A stretch of 64,000 nucleotides of DNA from Escherichia phage vB_EcoM-UFV09. Position numbers and translations under genes: made by a program. The DNA lies in sequence record MZ291552.2, one strand, 5' to 3'. Below, one piece after another: positions 7,700 to 18,633 of the stretch; position 1 is the first letter of the stretch, and each line of letters opens with the position of its first letter. The notes below the pieces were generated by a model. The model worked only from the letters and a program-made list of their open reading frames with translations. It was not told the DNA's origin and searched no databases.

Positions 7700-8412
7700 T
7701 ATAGTACCTTTAGTGTATTTTTAATTTTAGAAAAAAGTTCTTCAAGAGAACCATCGTTTGTAATTACTAAATCGCCATCACGAATTGGCAATCCAGCTTC
7801 TGTAATATGTGTATCATTGGATTTTTGACCAGGACGAACTACATGAATTACTGTAGCACCCATCGCCCTAGCCGCATCCATTTCATGATCTTGACGAGTA
7901 TCAGGAACGATATAATAATCATAACCTGAGTTAAATTTATCAAGATAATCTAAAGCAAATAATTTTACCCAATACATGCGGTCGAAGTTATTAACAATCA
8001 AATCCGTACCTAGGGCTTGCATCAGACGACGGACTGACCATTGATCTTCAATATTATTTATAACGTCAGCAATCTTGTTAAATGCTACGAAATTAACTGC
8101 GTCATCAAAAACAAACACACCTTTAATTGGGCTTTTACCATTAAGATAGCAAAATGCTTGTTCCATAATCGTGATTACTTCTAATTTAGTCAGATTTAAA
8201 TTAGTCTCACGATCATAGTCAATTCCTTCAAACTCTTTACGAGTTAAGCAAGGATAGCCAGTGTTTGCTGCAAATACACCCCATGCATAAGCCAATGCAT
8301 CCTTAATAGGACCAGCAAGTTGGTATTTAACTGCAGAATAATTGCTCATGATAAAATCAGCAGTAGTATCTTTTCCACTACGCTTTACACCACTTAAAAA
8401 GATTAGTTTCAT
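7699..8412 (-). CDS. 1: gp1 deoxynucleoside monophosphate kinase
   Basis: Starts MKLIFLSGVKRSGKDTT (P-loop); start moved to the ATG at 8412 with a GAGGAG Shine-Dalgarno (the ORF-track start at 8451 is further upstream). Confidence 0.9.
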
Positions 8413-8461
8413 GTGTTTCTCCTCAAATTTAATTAAGATTATAACACACAAAACTGAAGCA

Positions 8462-8992
8462 TTAAACTTCTGCTATAATTTTTCCATCTTTTTCTACTTG
8501 AAAATAGGTGTAAGGAATCGTTGCAGTACATACTAAAGCCGGGTCTGAATCTTCCGTATAGCTAAATTCTACTTCAGATAGGTCAGAAACCCAAGGCTTA
8601 TAAAAATTTATTGACATCACGATTTCAGTTTTGCTATTATCTAAGATGTAAAGCGTAATGTACTCAGGACCTGTTTTTTGGGCAGTATTTTCACCTGTAA
8701 GATAGTTGCTAGTTCCTAGCATCCATTCATACATTCCTATCCATGACTTAAGTTCTTCATCAACTATAAATCTCACAATGAGTGGATCATACTCAAATGT
8801 AACACCTGGACGTTGTGCTCGGCCCAGTCCAAACGGCCCAGTCACGGTATCAGTAACAGGTATCCTAATTCCCGGAATAGGAACTGACTGAGCATTTAAA
8901 GTAAAAGCAGATGTAGTATTACTATGCGGTATTGATACTACAAAGTTAGTTGTATTTGCTTGGTTAAAAATTTGTTGTAGTGCTTGCGACAT
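8462..8992 (-). CDS. 3: gp3 tail tube terminator / sheath stabiliser
   Basis: Position between genes 1 and 2; start set to the ATG at 8992 with a GAGGAA Shine-Dalgarno, giving 176 aa as in T4. Confidence 0.85.
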   Translation of the reverse strand: MSQALQQIFNQANTTNFVVSIPHSNTTSAFTLNAQSVPIPGIRIPVTDTVTGPFGLGRAQRPGVTFEYDPLIVRFIVDEELKSWIGMYEWMLGTSNYLTGENTAQKTGPEYITLYILDNSKTEIVMSINFYKPWVSDLSEVEFSYTEDSDPALVCTATIPYTYFQVEKDGKIIAEV

Positions 8993-9098
8993 ATATTCCT
9001 CATAATGCTTCATAAATGTTGGTGGTATAATGGGTCTAAGTCCCTTCCATTCAATTCCAATTAGAACAAACAATAGAAAAGAATGGAAGATAATAGAA

Positions 9099-9923
9099 TT
9101 AAATATTTGACCAGACTTTGTTTGCAGAGAAACGTTTTCCTTTTGAAACGAACTGCTGAAGTGGCATCAACACAACGTTCGCCCAGTCTTTCGGGGCGAT
9201 TTCAACAAGGCTACCCATAATATTACCGGGTATATATGCCTTAATCATTTGGTCTGCACCCCTAAATCCTTTCACTTGACTCCAATCAATTTTTAATTTC
9301 GTTTTATTAGTAATAGTAGGTGTATTTGAGTATTGCTTTAAAAGCTCTTCTAGAAATTGCTGACGAGCTTTAGGTGGAATATAGTGCAAGTTTAATCCGT
9401 ACATTAAATTATGCTTACCTAAACCAAGGTAAATTATCAAAGGAAATTTATCCCAGTAAGGAAGAGTTTCCTTGTGTTTAGCATCATAAGCAAAAGCATA
9501 TATTCGTCCCGGCTGCGGGCGAACAACTTTATGTCCTTTTACTTGCTTAATAGTTTCAGCAAACCATTTTCTGGTTTTATTATTAATTGCTGCGCCTTCA
9601 TTACGAATTTTATCACGCAATGTTTGTCTGAATGAATTTATCATAAGCAGTTGTCTTTCTTGCTTATTGAGCTTATTCATTGGTTTTGATTCAAGCTTTT
9701 GAATCTTTTCAGCTGTTTTAATTCCTGAAGCATATTTTGACATTGCCGAAGTAAACGTAGAGTATTTGATTCCTCTTTCTTCAGCAAATTGTTTTCCTGT
9801 CATTCCTTTTGCTTTGGCCTTTTTATATTCAAGACCTATTTGAATCCATTTCTTTTCGTTTAATGATTGCTTAACCTTTGGAACTTGGGGAGTGCTTTCA
9901 TTAATTATTTGAAAAATAGCCAT
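9099..9923 (-). CDS. 2: gp2 DNA end protector
   Basis: 274 aa, basic; T4 gene order 3-2-4. Confidence 0.9.
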   Translation of the reverse strand: MAIFQIINESTPQVPKVKQSLNEKKWIQIGLEYKKAKAKGMTGKQFAEERGIKYSTFTSAMSKYASGIKTAEKIQKLESKPMNKLNKQERQLLMINSFRQTLRDKIRNEGAAINNKTRKWFAETIKQVKGHKVVRPQPGRIYAFAYDAKHKETLPYWDKFPLIIYLGLGKHNLMYGLNLHYIPPKARQQFLEELLKQYSNTPTITNKTKLKIDWSQVKGFRGADQMIKAYIPGNIMGSLVEIAPKDWANVVLMPLQQFVSKGKRFSANKVWSNI

Positions 9924-10375
9924 TATGCCCCCTTAAAGCCAAGAGCTCGTAATCCATCTTCTGTTAGAATTCTAAATTTTATTCCACGCTTTTCAGCTAA
10001 AGCTTGCGCTGCTTTCCATTTGTCAGTGTTCACAGACCAGGTATAAATTTCATTCATAAATCTTTTCTTCGCTGCGGTTGTTAGATGTGCTGGTTTAACT
10101 GGTGGTTGTGTTTCTTTTTTAGGCTTTATTTCAATAAAAAATTCTTGTCCAGAAGAATCTTTCATCCAAATATCCATGAAGTATCTACGTTTTTTCCCTT
10201 CGGCATTACAAAAATAAGGAATTACTGCTGTTTCACTACCCCATGCAATAATTTCTGGATTTTTATCTAACCATTCAAAAAAGAATTTTTCCCAATTTGA
10301 TCTATACGTAATTTTTTTAGGGTCACCTCTATACTTTGATATATTTTTAGGAACCCATTTTCCAGAATATGCCAT
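9923..10375 (-). CDS. 4: gp4 head completion protein
   Basis: 150 aa; overlaps the gene 2 start; T4 order. Confidence 0.9.
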   Translation of the reverse strand: MAYSGKWVPKNISKYRGDPKKITYRSNWEKFFFEWLDKNPEIIAWGSETAVIPYFCNAEGKKRRYFMDIWMKDSSGQEFFIEIKPKKETQPPVKPAHLTTAAKKRFMNEIYTWSVNTDKWKAAQALAEKRGIKFRILTEDGLRALGFKGA

Positions 10376-10386
10376 TGGATTCTCCT

Positions 10387-10394
10387 TATAAATA
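10387..10394 (+). promoter_or_regulatory. T4 late promoter TATAAATA for gene 53
   Basis: Exact TATAAATA about 30 nt upstream of the gene 53 ATG. Confidence 0.6.
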
Positions 10395-10401
10395 GATAAT
10401 A

Positions 10402-10409
10402 TATTTATA
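10402..10409 (-). promoter_or_regulatory. T4 late promoter TATAAATA for gene 4 (divergent)
   Basis: TATTTATA on the + strand is TATAAATA on the minus strand, about 30 nt upstream of the gene 4 start. Confidence 0.55.
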
Positions 10410-10422
10410 AACAGGAGGGCCC

Positions 10423-11013
10423 ATGCTCTTTACATTTTTTGATCCGATTGAATATGCGGCCAAAACGGTGAATAAAAACGCGCCGACTATTCCTATGACA
10501 GATATTTTTAGAAACTATAAAGACTATTTCAAACGTGCTCTTGCGGGATACCGCTTACGTACTTATTATATTAAAGGTTCACCTCGTCCCGAAGAATTAG
10601 CAAATACTATATATGGAAATCCACAGTTGTATTGGGTTTTATTGATGTGTAATGATAATTATGATCCATATTATGGATGGATTACTTCACAAGAAGCTGC
10701 TTATCAAGCATCTATACAAAAATACAAAAACGTAGGTGGAGACCAAATAGTATATCATGTAAATGAGAACGGTGAAAAATTTTATAATTTAGTATCATAC
10801 GATGATAATCCATATGTTTGGTATGACAAAGGTGATAAAGCTAGAAAATATCCTCAATATGAAGGAGCACTTGCTGCTGTTAATACGTATGAAGCTGCTG
10901 TTCTTGAAAATGAAAAACTTCGTCAAATAAAAATAATAGCAAAATCAGACATCAATTCATTTATGAACGACCTTATACGTATAATGGAGAAATCTTATGG
11001 AAATGATAAGTAA
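10423..11013 (+). CDS. 53: gp53 baseplate wedge protein
   Basis: 196 aa; GGAGGG Shine-Dalgarno; T4 order. Confidence 0.95.
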   Translation: MLFTFFDPIEYAAKTVNKNAPTIPMTDIFRNYKDYFKRALAGYRLRTYYIKGSPRPEELANTIYGNPQLYWVLLMCNDNYDPYYGWITSQEAAYQASIQKYKNVGGDQIVYHVNENGEKFYNLVSYDDNPYVWYDKGDKARKYPQYEGALAAVNTYEAAVLENEKLRQIKIIAKSDINSFMNDLIRIMEKSYGNDK

Positions 11014-12724
11014 TAACCTTAATTGGTTTGTTGGTGTTGTTGAAGATAGAATGGACCCATTAAAATTAGGTCGTGTTCGTGTTCGTGTGGTTGGTCTGCA
11101 TCCACCACAAAGAGCACAAGGTGATGTAATGGGTATTCCAACTGAAAAATTGCCATGGATGTCAGTTATTCAGCCTATAACTTCGGCAGCTATGTCTGGA
11201 ATTGGAGGTTCCGTTACTGGACCGGTAGAAGGAACTAGAGTTTATGGTCATTTTTTGGACAAATGGAAAACTAATGGAATTGTTCTTGGCACGTATGGTG
11301 GAATAGTTCGCGAAAAACCGAATAGACTTGAAGGATTTTCTGACCCGACTGGGCAATATCCTAGACGTTTAGGAAATGATACTAACGTACTAAACCAAGG
11401 CGGAGAAGTAGGATATGATTCGTCTTCTAACATTATCCAAGATAGTAACTTAGACACTGCAATAAATCCTGATGATAGACCACTATCAGAGATTCCAACT
11501 GATGATAATCCAAATATGTCAATGGCTGAAATGCTTCGCCGTGATGAAGGATTAAGACTAAAAGTTTATTGGGATACCGAAGGATATCCGACAATTGGTA
11601 TTGGTCATCTTATCATGAAGCAGCCAGTTCGTGATATGGCTCAAATTAATAAAGTTTTATCGAAACAAGTTGGTCGTGAAATTACTGGAAACCCAGGTTC
11701 TATTACAATGGAAGAAGCGGTAACTTTATTTGAACGCGATTTGGCTGATATGCAACGTGACATTAAATCACATTCTAAAGTAGGACCAGTCTGGCAAGCT
11801 GTCAACCGTTCTCGTCAAATGGCATTAGAAAATATGGCATTTCAGATGGGTGTTGGCGGTGTAGCTAAATTTAACACAATGTTAACTGCTATGTTAGCAG
11901 GAGATTGGGAAAAAGCATATAAAGCTGGTCGTGATTCATTGTGGTATCAACAAACAAAAGGCCGTGCATCCCGTGTTACCATGATTATTCTTACGGGGAA
12001 TTTGGAATCATATGGTGTTGAAGTGAAAACTCCAGCTAGGTCTTTGTCGGCAATGGCTGCTACTGTGGCGAAGTCTTCTGATCCAGCTGACCCTCCTATT
12101 CCAAATGACTCAAGAATTTTATTCAAAGAACCAGTTTCTTCATATAAAGGCGAATATCCTTATGTGCATACAATGGAAACTGAAAGTGGACATATTCAGG
12201 AATTTGATGATACCCCTGGGCAAGAACGATATAGATTAGTTCATCCAACTGGAACTTATGAAGAAGTATCACCGTCAGGGAGAAGAACAAGAAAAACTGT
12301 TGATAATTTGTATGATATAACCAACGCTGATGGTAATTTTTTGGTAGCCGGTGATAAAAAGACTAACGTCGGTGGTTCAGAAATTTATTATAACATGGAT
12401 AATCGTCTTCACCAAATAGATGGAAGCAATACAATATTTGTACGTGGCGATGAAACTAAGACGGTTGAAGGTAATGGAACTATCCTAGTTAAAGGTAATG
12501 TTACTATTGTAGTTGAAGGTAATGCTGACATTACAGTTAAAGGAGATGCTACTACGTTAGTTGAAGGTAATCAAACTAATACAGTAAATGGAAATCTTTC
12601 TTGGAAAGTTGCTGGGACAGTTGATTGGGACGTTGGTGGTGATTGGACAGAAAAAATGGCATCTATGAGTTCTATTTCATCTGGTCAATACACAATTGAT
12701 GGATCGAGGATTGACATTGGCTAA
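10997..12724 (+). CDS. 5: gp5 baseplate hub with tail lysozyme and beta-helical needle
   Basis: 575 aa; N-terminus MEMISNNLNWFVGVVEDRMDP; central lysozyme segment (DTEGYPTIGIGH); C-terminal VEGN/VKGD octapeptide repeats. Confidence 0.97.
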   Translation: MEMISNNLNWFVGVVEDRMDPLKLGRVRVRVVGLHPPQRAQGDVMGIPTEKLPWMSVIQPITSAAMSGIGGSVTGPVEGTRVYGHFLDKWKTNGIVLGTYGGIVREKPNRLEGFSDPTGQYPRRLGNDTNVLNQGGEVGYDSSSNIIQDSNLDTAINPDDRPLSEIPTDDNPNMSMAEMLRRDEGLRLKVYWDTEGYPTIGIGHLIMKQPVRDMAQINKVLSKQVGREITGNPGSITMEEAVTLFERDLADMQRDIKSHSKVGPVWQAVNRSRQMALENMAFQMGVGGVAKFNTMLTAMLAGDWEKAYKAGRDSLWYQQTKGRASRVTMIILTGNLESYGVEVKTPARSLSAMAATVAKSSDPADPPIPNDSRILFKEPVSSYKGEYPYVHTMETESGHIQEFDDTPGQERYRLVHPTGTYEEVSPSGRRTRKTVDNLYDITNADGNFLVAGDKKTNVGGSEIYYNMDNRLHQIDGSNTIFVRGDETKTVEGNGTILVKGNVTIVVEGNADITVKGDATTLVEGNQTNTVNGNLSWKVAGTVDWDVGGDWTEKMASMSSISSGQYTIDGSRIDIG

Positions 12725-13253
12725 TATACTTCCAATGAGCGCTGATTTAGGAGAATCCATGGAAGGTTCTTCTATCGACGTCACCTTTACCGCTCAATTA
12801 GAAACAGGTGAAACGTTAGTATCTATAAATATAACTAGTTACGAAGAAACTCCTGGGGTTTTAGTAGAAGAAAGTCGCTTATATGGAACATATGAATCTG
12901 TATTTGGTTTCGGAAATGACGCGTTGAAATATCGTTTAGGTGATGAATTTAAAACTGCTGCTTCATGGGAAGAACTTCCTACTGATTCTGACACCCAGTT
13001 GTATTTGTGGAAAGCTCCTCAAAATCTCCAGAAGACATTCACTTACGAAGTAACATTAATATATGACTACCAAGAACAAAGTGAATCTGGAGGTTCTGGC
13101 AGTAATTCTAGGTCATCTTCTGATACTACTGAACCGACAGATCCTCCTGCTCCGGTAAGAAAAACTCTAGTTAAAAATTATACTAAAACTATAGTTGGAA
13201 ATTGGAGTCGTTGGGCTAATAAATTAAGAAGCTATGTGTATGAGAGGTCATAG
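12699..13253 (+). CDS. 5.1: gp5.1-like protein
   Basis: ORF between gene 5 and the PAAR gene; the start is uncertain (12699 or 12735; the ORF-track start 12696 is TTG). Confidence 0.7.
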   Translation: MDRGLTLANILPMSADLGESMEGSSIDVTFTAQLETGETLVSINITSYEETPGVLVEESRLYGTYESVFGFGNDALKYRLGDEFKTAASWEELPTDSDTQLYLWKAPQNLQKTFTYEVTLIYDYQEQSESGGSGSNSRSSSDTTEPTDPPAPVRKTLVKNYTKTIVGNWSRWANKLRSYVYERS

Positions 13254-13547
13254 ATGTCAGGATTAAGTTATGATAAATGTGTTACTGCTGGTCATGAAGC
13301 ATGGCCTCCAACAGTTGTGAATGCTACACAAAGTAAAGTATTCACTGGAGGAATTGCTGTTCTAATAGCAGGCGATCCAATTACAGAACATACAGAAATC
13401 AAAAAGCCATATGAAACACATGGCGGAGTGACACAACCTAGAACTTCTAAGGTATATGTCACAGGAAAGAAAGCTGTTCAAATGGCTGATCCAATATCAT
13501 GCGGTGATACTGTGGCTCAGGCATCATCTAAAGTATTCATTAAATAG
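13254..13547 (+). CDS. 5.4: gp5.4 PAAR-repeat spike tip protein
   Basis: 97 aa; sits directly upstream of gene 6. Confidence 0.9.
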   Translation: MSGLSYDKCVTAGHEAWPPTVVNATQSKVFTGGIAVLIAGDPITEHTEIKKPYETHGGVTQPRTSKVYVTGKKAVQMADPISCGDTVAQASSKVFIK

Positions 13548-13555
13548 GATTTAAA

Positions 13556-15538
13556 ATGGCAAATACCCCTGTAAATTATCAATTAACAAGAACAGCAAAT
13601 GCTATTCCCGAGATATTCGTCGGGGGTACGTTTGCTGAAATAAAACAAAACCTCATTGAATGGCTTAATGGCCAAAATGAATTTTTGGATTACGATTTTG
13701 AAGGCTCAAGATTAAACGTTCTGTGCGACCTTTTAGCTTATAATACATTGTACATTCAGCAGTTTGGTAATGCTGCTGTGTATGAAAGCTTTATGCGTAC
13801 TGCTAACTTACGAAGTTCAGTTGTTCAGGCTGCACAAGATAATGGATATTTACCTACTTCAAAATCCGCTGCACAGACCGAAATTATGTTAACGTGTACA
13901 GATGCATTGAATAGAAATTACATTACTATTCCTCGCGGTACTCGCTTTTTAGCATATGCAAAGGATACTTCTGTTAATCCATATAACTTCGTTTCTACCG
14001 AAGACGTTATTGCTATTCGTGATAAAAATAACCAATATTTTCCACGATTAAAATTAGCCCAGGGACGTATAGTAAGAACTGAAATCATTTATGATAAATT
14101 AACACCTATTATCATTTATGACAAAAACATAGATAGAAACCAAGTTAAACTATACGTTGATGGAGCAGAATGGATTAACTGGACAAGAAAGTCAATGGTT
14201 CATGCTGGTTCTACATCAACAATTTACTACATGCGTGAAACTATTGATGGAAACACTGAATTCTATTTTGGCGAAGGTGAAATTTCTGTTAATGCGGCAG
14301 AAGGAGCTCTAACTGCTAACTATATTGGAGGTCTTAAACCTACCCAGAACTCTACTATTGTTATTGAGTACATCAGTACTAACGGTGCAGATGCGAATGG
14401 TGCAGTCGGATTTTCATACGCAGATACATTAACAAATATAACTGTCATCAATATTAACGAAAATCCAAATGATGACCCAGATTTTGTTGGGGCAGATGGC
14501 GGTGGCGATCCAGAAGATATTGAGCGTATTCGCGAATTGGGTACTATTAAACGCGAAACCCAGCAACGCTGCGTAACTGCGACCGACTATGATACATTCG
14601 TCTCAGAAAGATTCGGTTCTATTATTCAAGCTGTTCAGACTTTCACTGATTCTACTAAACCTGGTTATGCATTTATTGCTGCTAAACCTAAATCAGGACT
14701 ATATTTAACTACTGTGCAACGTGAAGATATTAAAAATTATCTCAAAGACTATAATTTAGCGCCTATTACACCGTCAATTATTTCTCCTAATTATCTTTTT
14801 ATTAAGACTAATTTAAAAGTCACATATGCTTTAAATAAACTACAAGAATCCGAACAGTGGCTTGAAGGTCAAATAATTGATAAAATTGATCGCTATTATA
14901 CCGAAGATGTAGAAATTTTTAACTCATCTTTTGCCAAGTCTAAGATGTTAACTTACGTAGATGATGCAGATCATTCTATCATTGGTTCATCAGCGACTAT
15001 TCAAATTGTTCGTGAAGTACAAAACTTCTATAAAACGCCTGAAGCAGGTATTAAATACAATAATCAAATAAAAGATCGTTCTATGGAATCTAATACGTTT
15101 TCATTTAATTCTGGACGAAAGGTTGTAAATCCTGATACCGGTTTAGAAGAAGATGTATTATATGACGTTCGTATAGTATCAACAGACCGAGATTCTAAAG
15201 GAATTGGTAAAGTTATTATTGGTCCATTTGCTTCTGGCGATGTTACAGAAAATGAAAACATTCAGCCGTATACAGGCAACGATTTTAACAAATTAGCAAA
15301 TTCTGATGGACGCGACAAATACTATGTTATCGGTGAAATAAATTATCCAGCTGACATGATTTATTGGAATATCGCTAAAATTAATTTAACATCTGAAAAA
15401 TTTGAAGTTCAGACTATTGAATTATATTCTGACCCAACCGATGATGTTATCTTTACTCGCGATGGTTCACTGATTGTATTTGAAAATGACTTACGTCCAC
15501 AATACTTAACTATCGATTTGGAGCCTATATCACAATGA
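13556..15538 (+). CDS. 6: gp6 baseplate wedge protein
   Basis: 660 aa; T4 order and length. Confidence 0.97.
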   Translation: MANTPVNYQLTRTANAIPEIFVGGTFAEIKQNLIEWLNGQNEFLDYDFEGSRLNVLCDLLAYNTLYIQQFGNAAVYESFMRTANLRSSVVQAAQDNGYLPTSKSAAQTEIMLTCTDALNRNYITIPRGTRFLAYAKDTSVNPYNFVSTEDVIAIRDKNNQYFPRLKLAQGRIVRTEIIYDKLTPIIIYDKNIDRNQVKLYVDGAEWINWTRKSMVHAGSTSTIYYMRETIDGNTEFYFGEGEISVNAAEGALTANYIGGLKPTQNSTIVIEYISTNGADANGAVGFSYADTLTNITVININENPNDDPDFVGADGGGDPEDIERIRELGTIKRETQQRCVTATDYDTFVSERFGSIIQAVQTFTDSTKPGYAFIAAKPKSGLYLTTVQREDIKNYLKDYNLAPITPSIISPNYLFIKTNLKVTYALNKLQESEQWLEGQIIDKIDRYYTEDVEIFNSSFAKSKMLTYVDDADHSIIGSSATIQIVREVQNFYKTPEAGIKYNNQIKDRSMESNTFSFNSGRKVVNPDTGLEEDVLYDVRIVSTDRDSKGIGKVIIGPFASGDVTENENIQPYTGNDFNKLANSDGRDKYYVIGEINYPADMIYWNIAKINLTSEKFEVQTIELYSDPTDDVIFTRDGSLIVFENDLRPQYLTIDLEPISQ

Positions 15539-18500
15539 CAGTAAAAGCACCTTCAGTCACTAGTCTCAGAATTTCCAAGTTATCCGCTAATCAGGTGCAA
15601 GTACGCTGGGATGACGTTGGTGCTAATTTCTACTATTTTGTAGAAATCGCTGAGACAAAATCAAACTCGGGAAAAAATCTCCCGAGTAATCAATATCGTT
15701 GGATTAATTTAGGATATACAGCAAATAATAGTTTCTTTTTTGATGATGCTGATCCATTGACATCATATGTTATTAGAGTAGCTACAGCTGCGCAAGATTT
15801 TGAGCAGTCTGATTGGATTTATACCGAAGAGTTTGAAACTTTTGCTACAAATGCTTATACATTTCAAAACATGATTGAAATGCAATTAGCCAATAAATTC
15901 ATTCAGGAAAAATTTACTCTTAATAATTCTGATTATGTTAATTTCAATAATGACACAATAATGGCTGCGTTGATGAATGAATCATTTCAGTTCAGCCCAT
16001 CGTATGCTGATGTCTCATCAATCAGTAATTTTATTATTGGTGAAAATGAGTATCATGAAATACAAGGTTCTATTCAGCAAGTATGTAAGGATATTAACCG
16101 AGTTTATTTGATGGAATCAGAAGGAATTCTATATCTTTTTGAGCGCTATCAACCTGTAGTTAAAGTATCCAATGATAAAGGACAAACCTGGAAAGCTGTA
16201 AAGCTCTTCAATGACCGTGTAGGATATCCTTTATCTAAGACTGTATATTACCAATCTGCAAACACAACATACGTTCTAGGATATGATAAGATTTTCTATG
16301 GCCGTAAATCGACTGACGTTAGATGGTCAGCAGATGATGTCAGATTCAGTTCGCAGGATATAACATTTGCTAAATTAGGAGACCAACTTCATTTAGGATT
16401 CGATGTTGAAATCTTCGCTACTTATGCGACTTTACCAGCGAATGTATATCGTATAGCTGAAGCCATCACTTGTACGGATGATTATATCTATGTTGTTGCC
16501 AGAGATAAAGTTAGATATATAAAAACGAGTAATGCACCTATAGATTCTGACCCGTTATCACCAACATACTCGGAAAGACTTTTTGAACCTGATACAATGA
16601 CTATAACTGGAAATCCTAAAGCTGTATGCTATAAAATGGATTCTATCGGTGATAAAGTTTTTGCTCTTATTATTGGTGAAGTTGAAACATTAAATGCTAA
16701 TCCTAGAACATCAAAAATAATTGATTCTGCTGATAAAGGAATATATGTTTTAAATCACGACACAAAAACGTGGAAAAGAGTTTTTGGCAACACCGAAGAA
16801 GAAAGAAGACGTATTCAACCTGGATACGCAAACATGTCAACTGATGGTAAATTAGTTTCTCTGTCTTCGAGTAATTTTAAATTTTTAAGTGATAACATTG
16901 TTAATGACCCTGAAACTGCTGTAAAATACCAGTTAATCGATGCTGTTAAATATGAATTTCCTCGCGAATGGTTAGCTGATAAACATTATCATATGATGGC
17001 GTTTATAGCGGATGAAAAATCTGATTGGGAGACTTTTACTCCTCAACCGATGAAATACTACGCAGAACCGTTCTTTAATTGGTCTAAAAAATCTAACACT
17101 CGTTGTTGGATAAACAACTCTGATAAAGCTGTTGTAGTTTATGCAGATTTGAAATACACCAAAGTTATTGAAAATATTCCAGAAACGTCACCAGATAGAT
17201 TAGTACATGAATACTGGGATGATGGCGATTGCACTATAGTAATGCCAAATGTTAAATTCACTGGATTTAAAAAATACGCATCAGGAATGCTTTTTTATAA
17301 ATCTTCTGGTGAAATAATTTCTTATTATGATTTTAACTATCGTGTGAGAGATACAGTAGAAATTATTTGGAAGCCGACTGAAGTATTTTTAAAAGCATTT
17401 TTACAAAACCAAGAGCGTGAAACTCCTTGGTCACCAGAAGAAGAACGTGGATTAGCTGACCCTGATTTAAGACCATTAATTGGCACAATGATGCCTGATT
17501 CTTATTTGTTACAAGATTCTAATTTTGAGGCATTTTGTGAAGCATATATTCAATATCTTTCTGACGGATATGGAACTCAGTATAACAATTTACGAAATTT
17601 AATTCGTAACCAATATCCACGAGAAGAGCATGCGTGGGAATATTTATGGTCAGAAATATATAAAAGAAACATTTATTTAAATGCTGACAAACGCGATGCT
17701 GTTGCAAGATTTTTTGAATCACGTAGCTATGATTTTTATTCTACTAAAGGAATTGAAGCATCATATAAATTTCTTTTTAAAGTTCTTTATAATGAAGAAG
17801 TTGAAATTGAAATTGAATCGGGAGCAGGTACTGAATATGATGTAATCATTCAATCTGATTCTCTTACAGAAGATTTAGTAGGACAAACTATCTATACTGC
17901 AACTGGAAGATGTAATGTTACTTATATAGAAAGAAGTTATTCTAACGGTAAATTGCAATGGACCGTGACTATACATAATCTTTTGGGGCGGTTAATAGCA
18001 GGACAAGAAGTTAAAGCAGAAAGACTTCCGGGCTTTGAAGGCGAAATTATTCGTGGGGTTAAAGGAAAAGATTTGCTTCAAAATAATATAGACTATATTA
18101 ATAGAAGTAGATCATATTATGTAATGAAAATTAAATCCAATTTACCTTCTTCCCGCTGGAAATCTGACGTTATTCGTTTTGTTCACCCAGTAGGATTTGG
18201 ATTTATAGCAATCACGCTTTTAACTATGTTTATTAATGTCGGTTTAACTCTTAAACACACAGAGACAATAATTAATAAATATAAAAACTACAAATGGGAT
18301 TCTGGATTACCTACTGAATACGCAGACCGTGTAGCTAAATTGACTCCTACCGGTGAAATTGAACATGATTCAGTAACGGGTGAAGCAATTTATGAACCTG
18401 GTCCAATGTCCGGTATAGAATATCCTCTTCCTGGCGACTATAATACCGAAAATAATAATTCAGTATTTCAAGGTCAATTGCCGTCTGAACGACGTAAATT

Positions 18501-18633
18501 AATGAGTCCTTTATTTGATGCATCTGGAACAACATTTGCACAATTTAGAGATTTAGTTAATAAACGTCTAAAAGATAATATAGGAAATCCAAGAGACCCT
18601 GAAAATCCAACACAGGTTAAAATAGATGAATGA
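15535..18633 (+). CDS. 7: gp7 baseplate wedge initiator
   Basis: 1032 aa; ATGA overlap with gene 6. Confidence 0.97.
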   Translation: MTVKAPSVTSLRISKLSANQVQVRWDDVGANFYYFVEIAETKSNSGKNLPSNQYRWINLGYTANNSFFFDDADPLTSYVIRVATAAQDFEQSDWIYTEEFETFATNAYTFQNMIEMQLANKFIQEKFTLNNSDYVNFNNDTIMAALMNESFQFSPSYADVSSISNFIIGENEYHEIQGSIQQVCKDINRVYLMESEGILYLFERYQPVVKVSNDKGQTWKAVKLFNDRVGYPLSKTVYYQSANTTYVLGYDKIFYGRKSTDVRWSADDVRFSSQDITFAKLGDQLHLGFDVEIFATYATLPANVYRIAEAITCTDDYIYVVARDKVRYIKTSNAPIDSDPLSPTYSERLFEPDTMTITGNPKAVCYKMDSIGDKVFALIIGEVETLNANPRTSKIIDSADKGIYVLNHDTKTWKRVFGNTEEERRRIQPGYANMSTDGKLVSLSSSNFKFLSDNIVNDPETAVKYQLIDAVKYEFPREWLADKHYHMMAFIADEKSDWETFTPQPMKYYAEPFFNWSKKSNTRCWINNSDKAVVVYADLKYTKVIENIPETSPDRLVHEYWDDGDCTIVMPNVKFTGFKKYASGMLFYKSSGEIISYYDFNYRVRDTVEIIWKPTEVFLKAFLQNQERETPWSPEEERGLADPDLRPLIGTMMPDSYLLQDSNFEAFCEAYIQYLSDGYGTQYNNLRNLIRNQYPREEHAWEYLWSEIYKRNIYLNADKRDAVARFFESRSYDFYSTKGIEASYKFLFKVLYNEEVEIEIESGAGTEYDVIIQSDSLTEDLVGQTIYTATGRCNVTYIERSYSNGKLQWTVTIHNLLGRLIAGQEVKAERLPGFEGEIIRGVKGKDLLQNNIDYINRSRSYYVMKIKSNLPSSRWKSDVIRFVHPVGFGFIAITLLTMFINVGLTLKHTETIINKYKNYKWDSGLPTEYADRVAKLTPTGEIEHDSVTGEAIYEPGPMSGIEYPLPGDYNTENNNSVFQGQLPSERRKLMSPLFDASGTTFAQFRDLVNKRLKDNIGNPRDPENPTQVKIDE

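Noticed and set aside
12500-12660. Short internal DNA repeats near the 3' end of gene 5
   Set aside because: They encode the VEGN/VKGD octapeptide repeats of the gp5 beta-helical needle; a structural feature of the protein, not a regulatory or mobile repeat.
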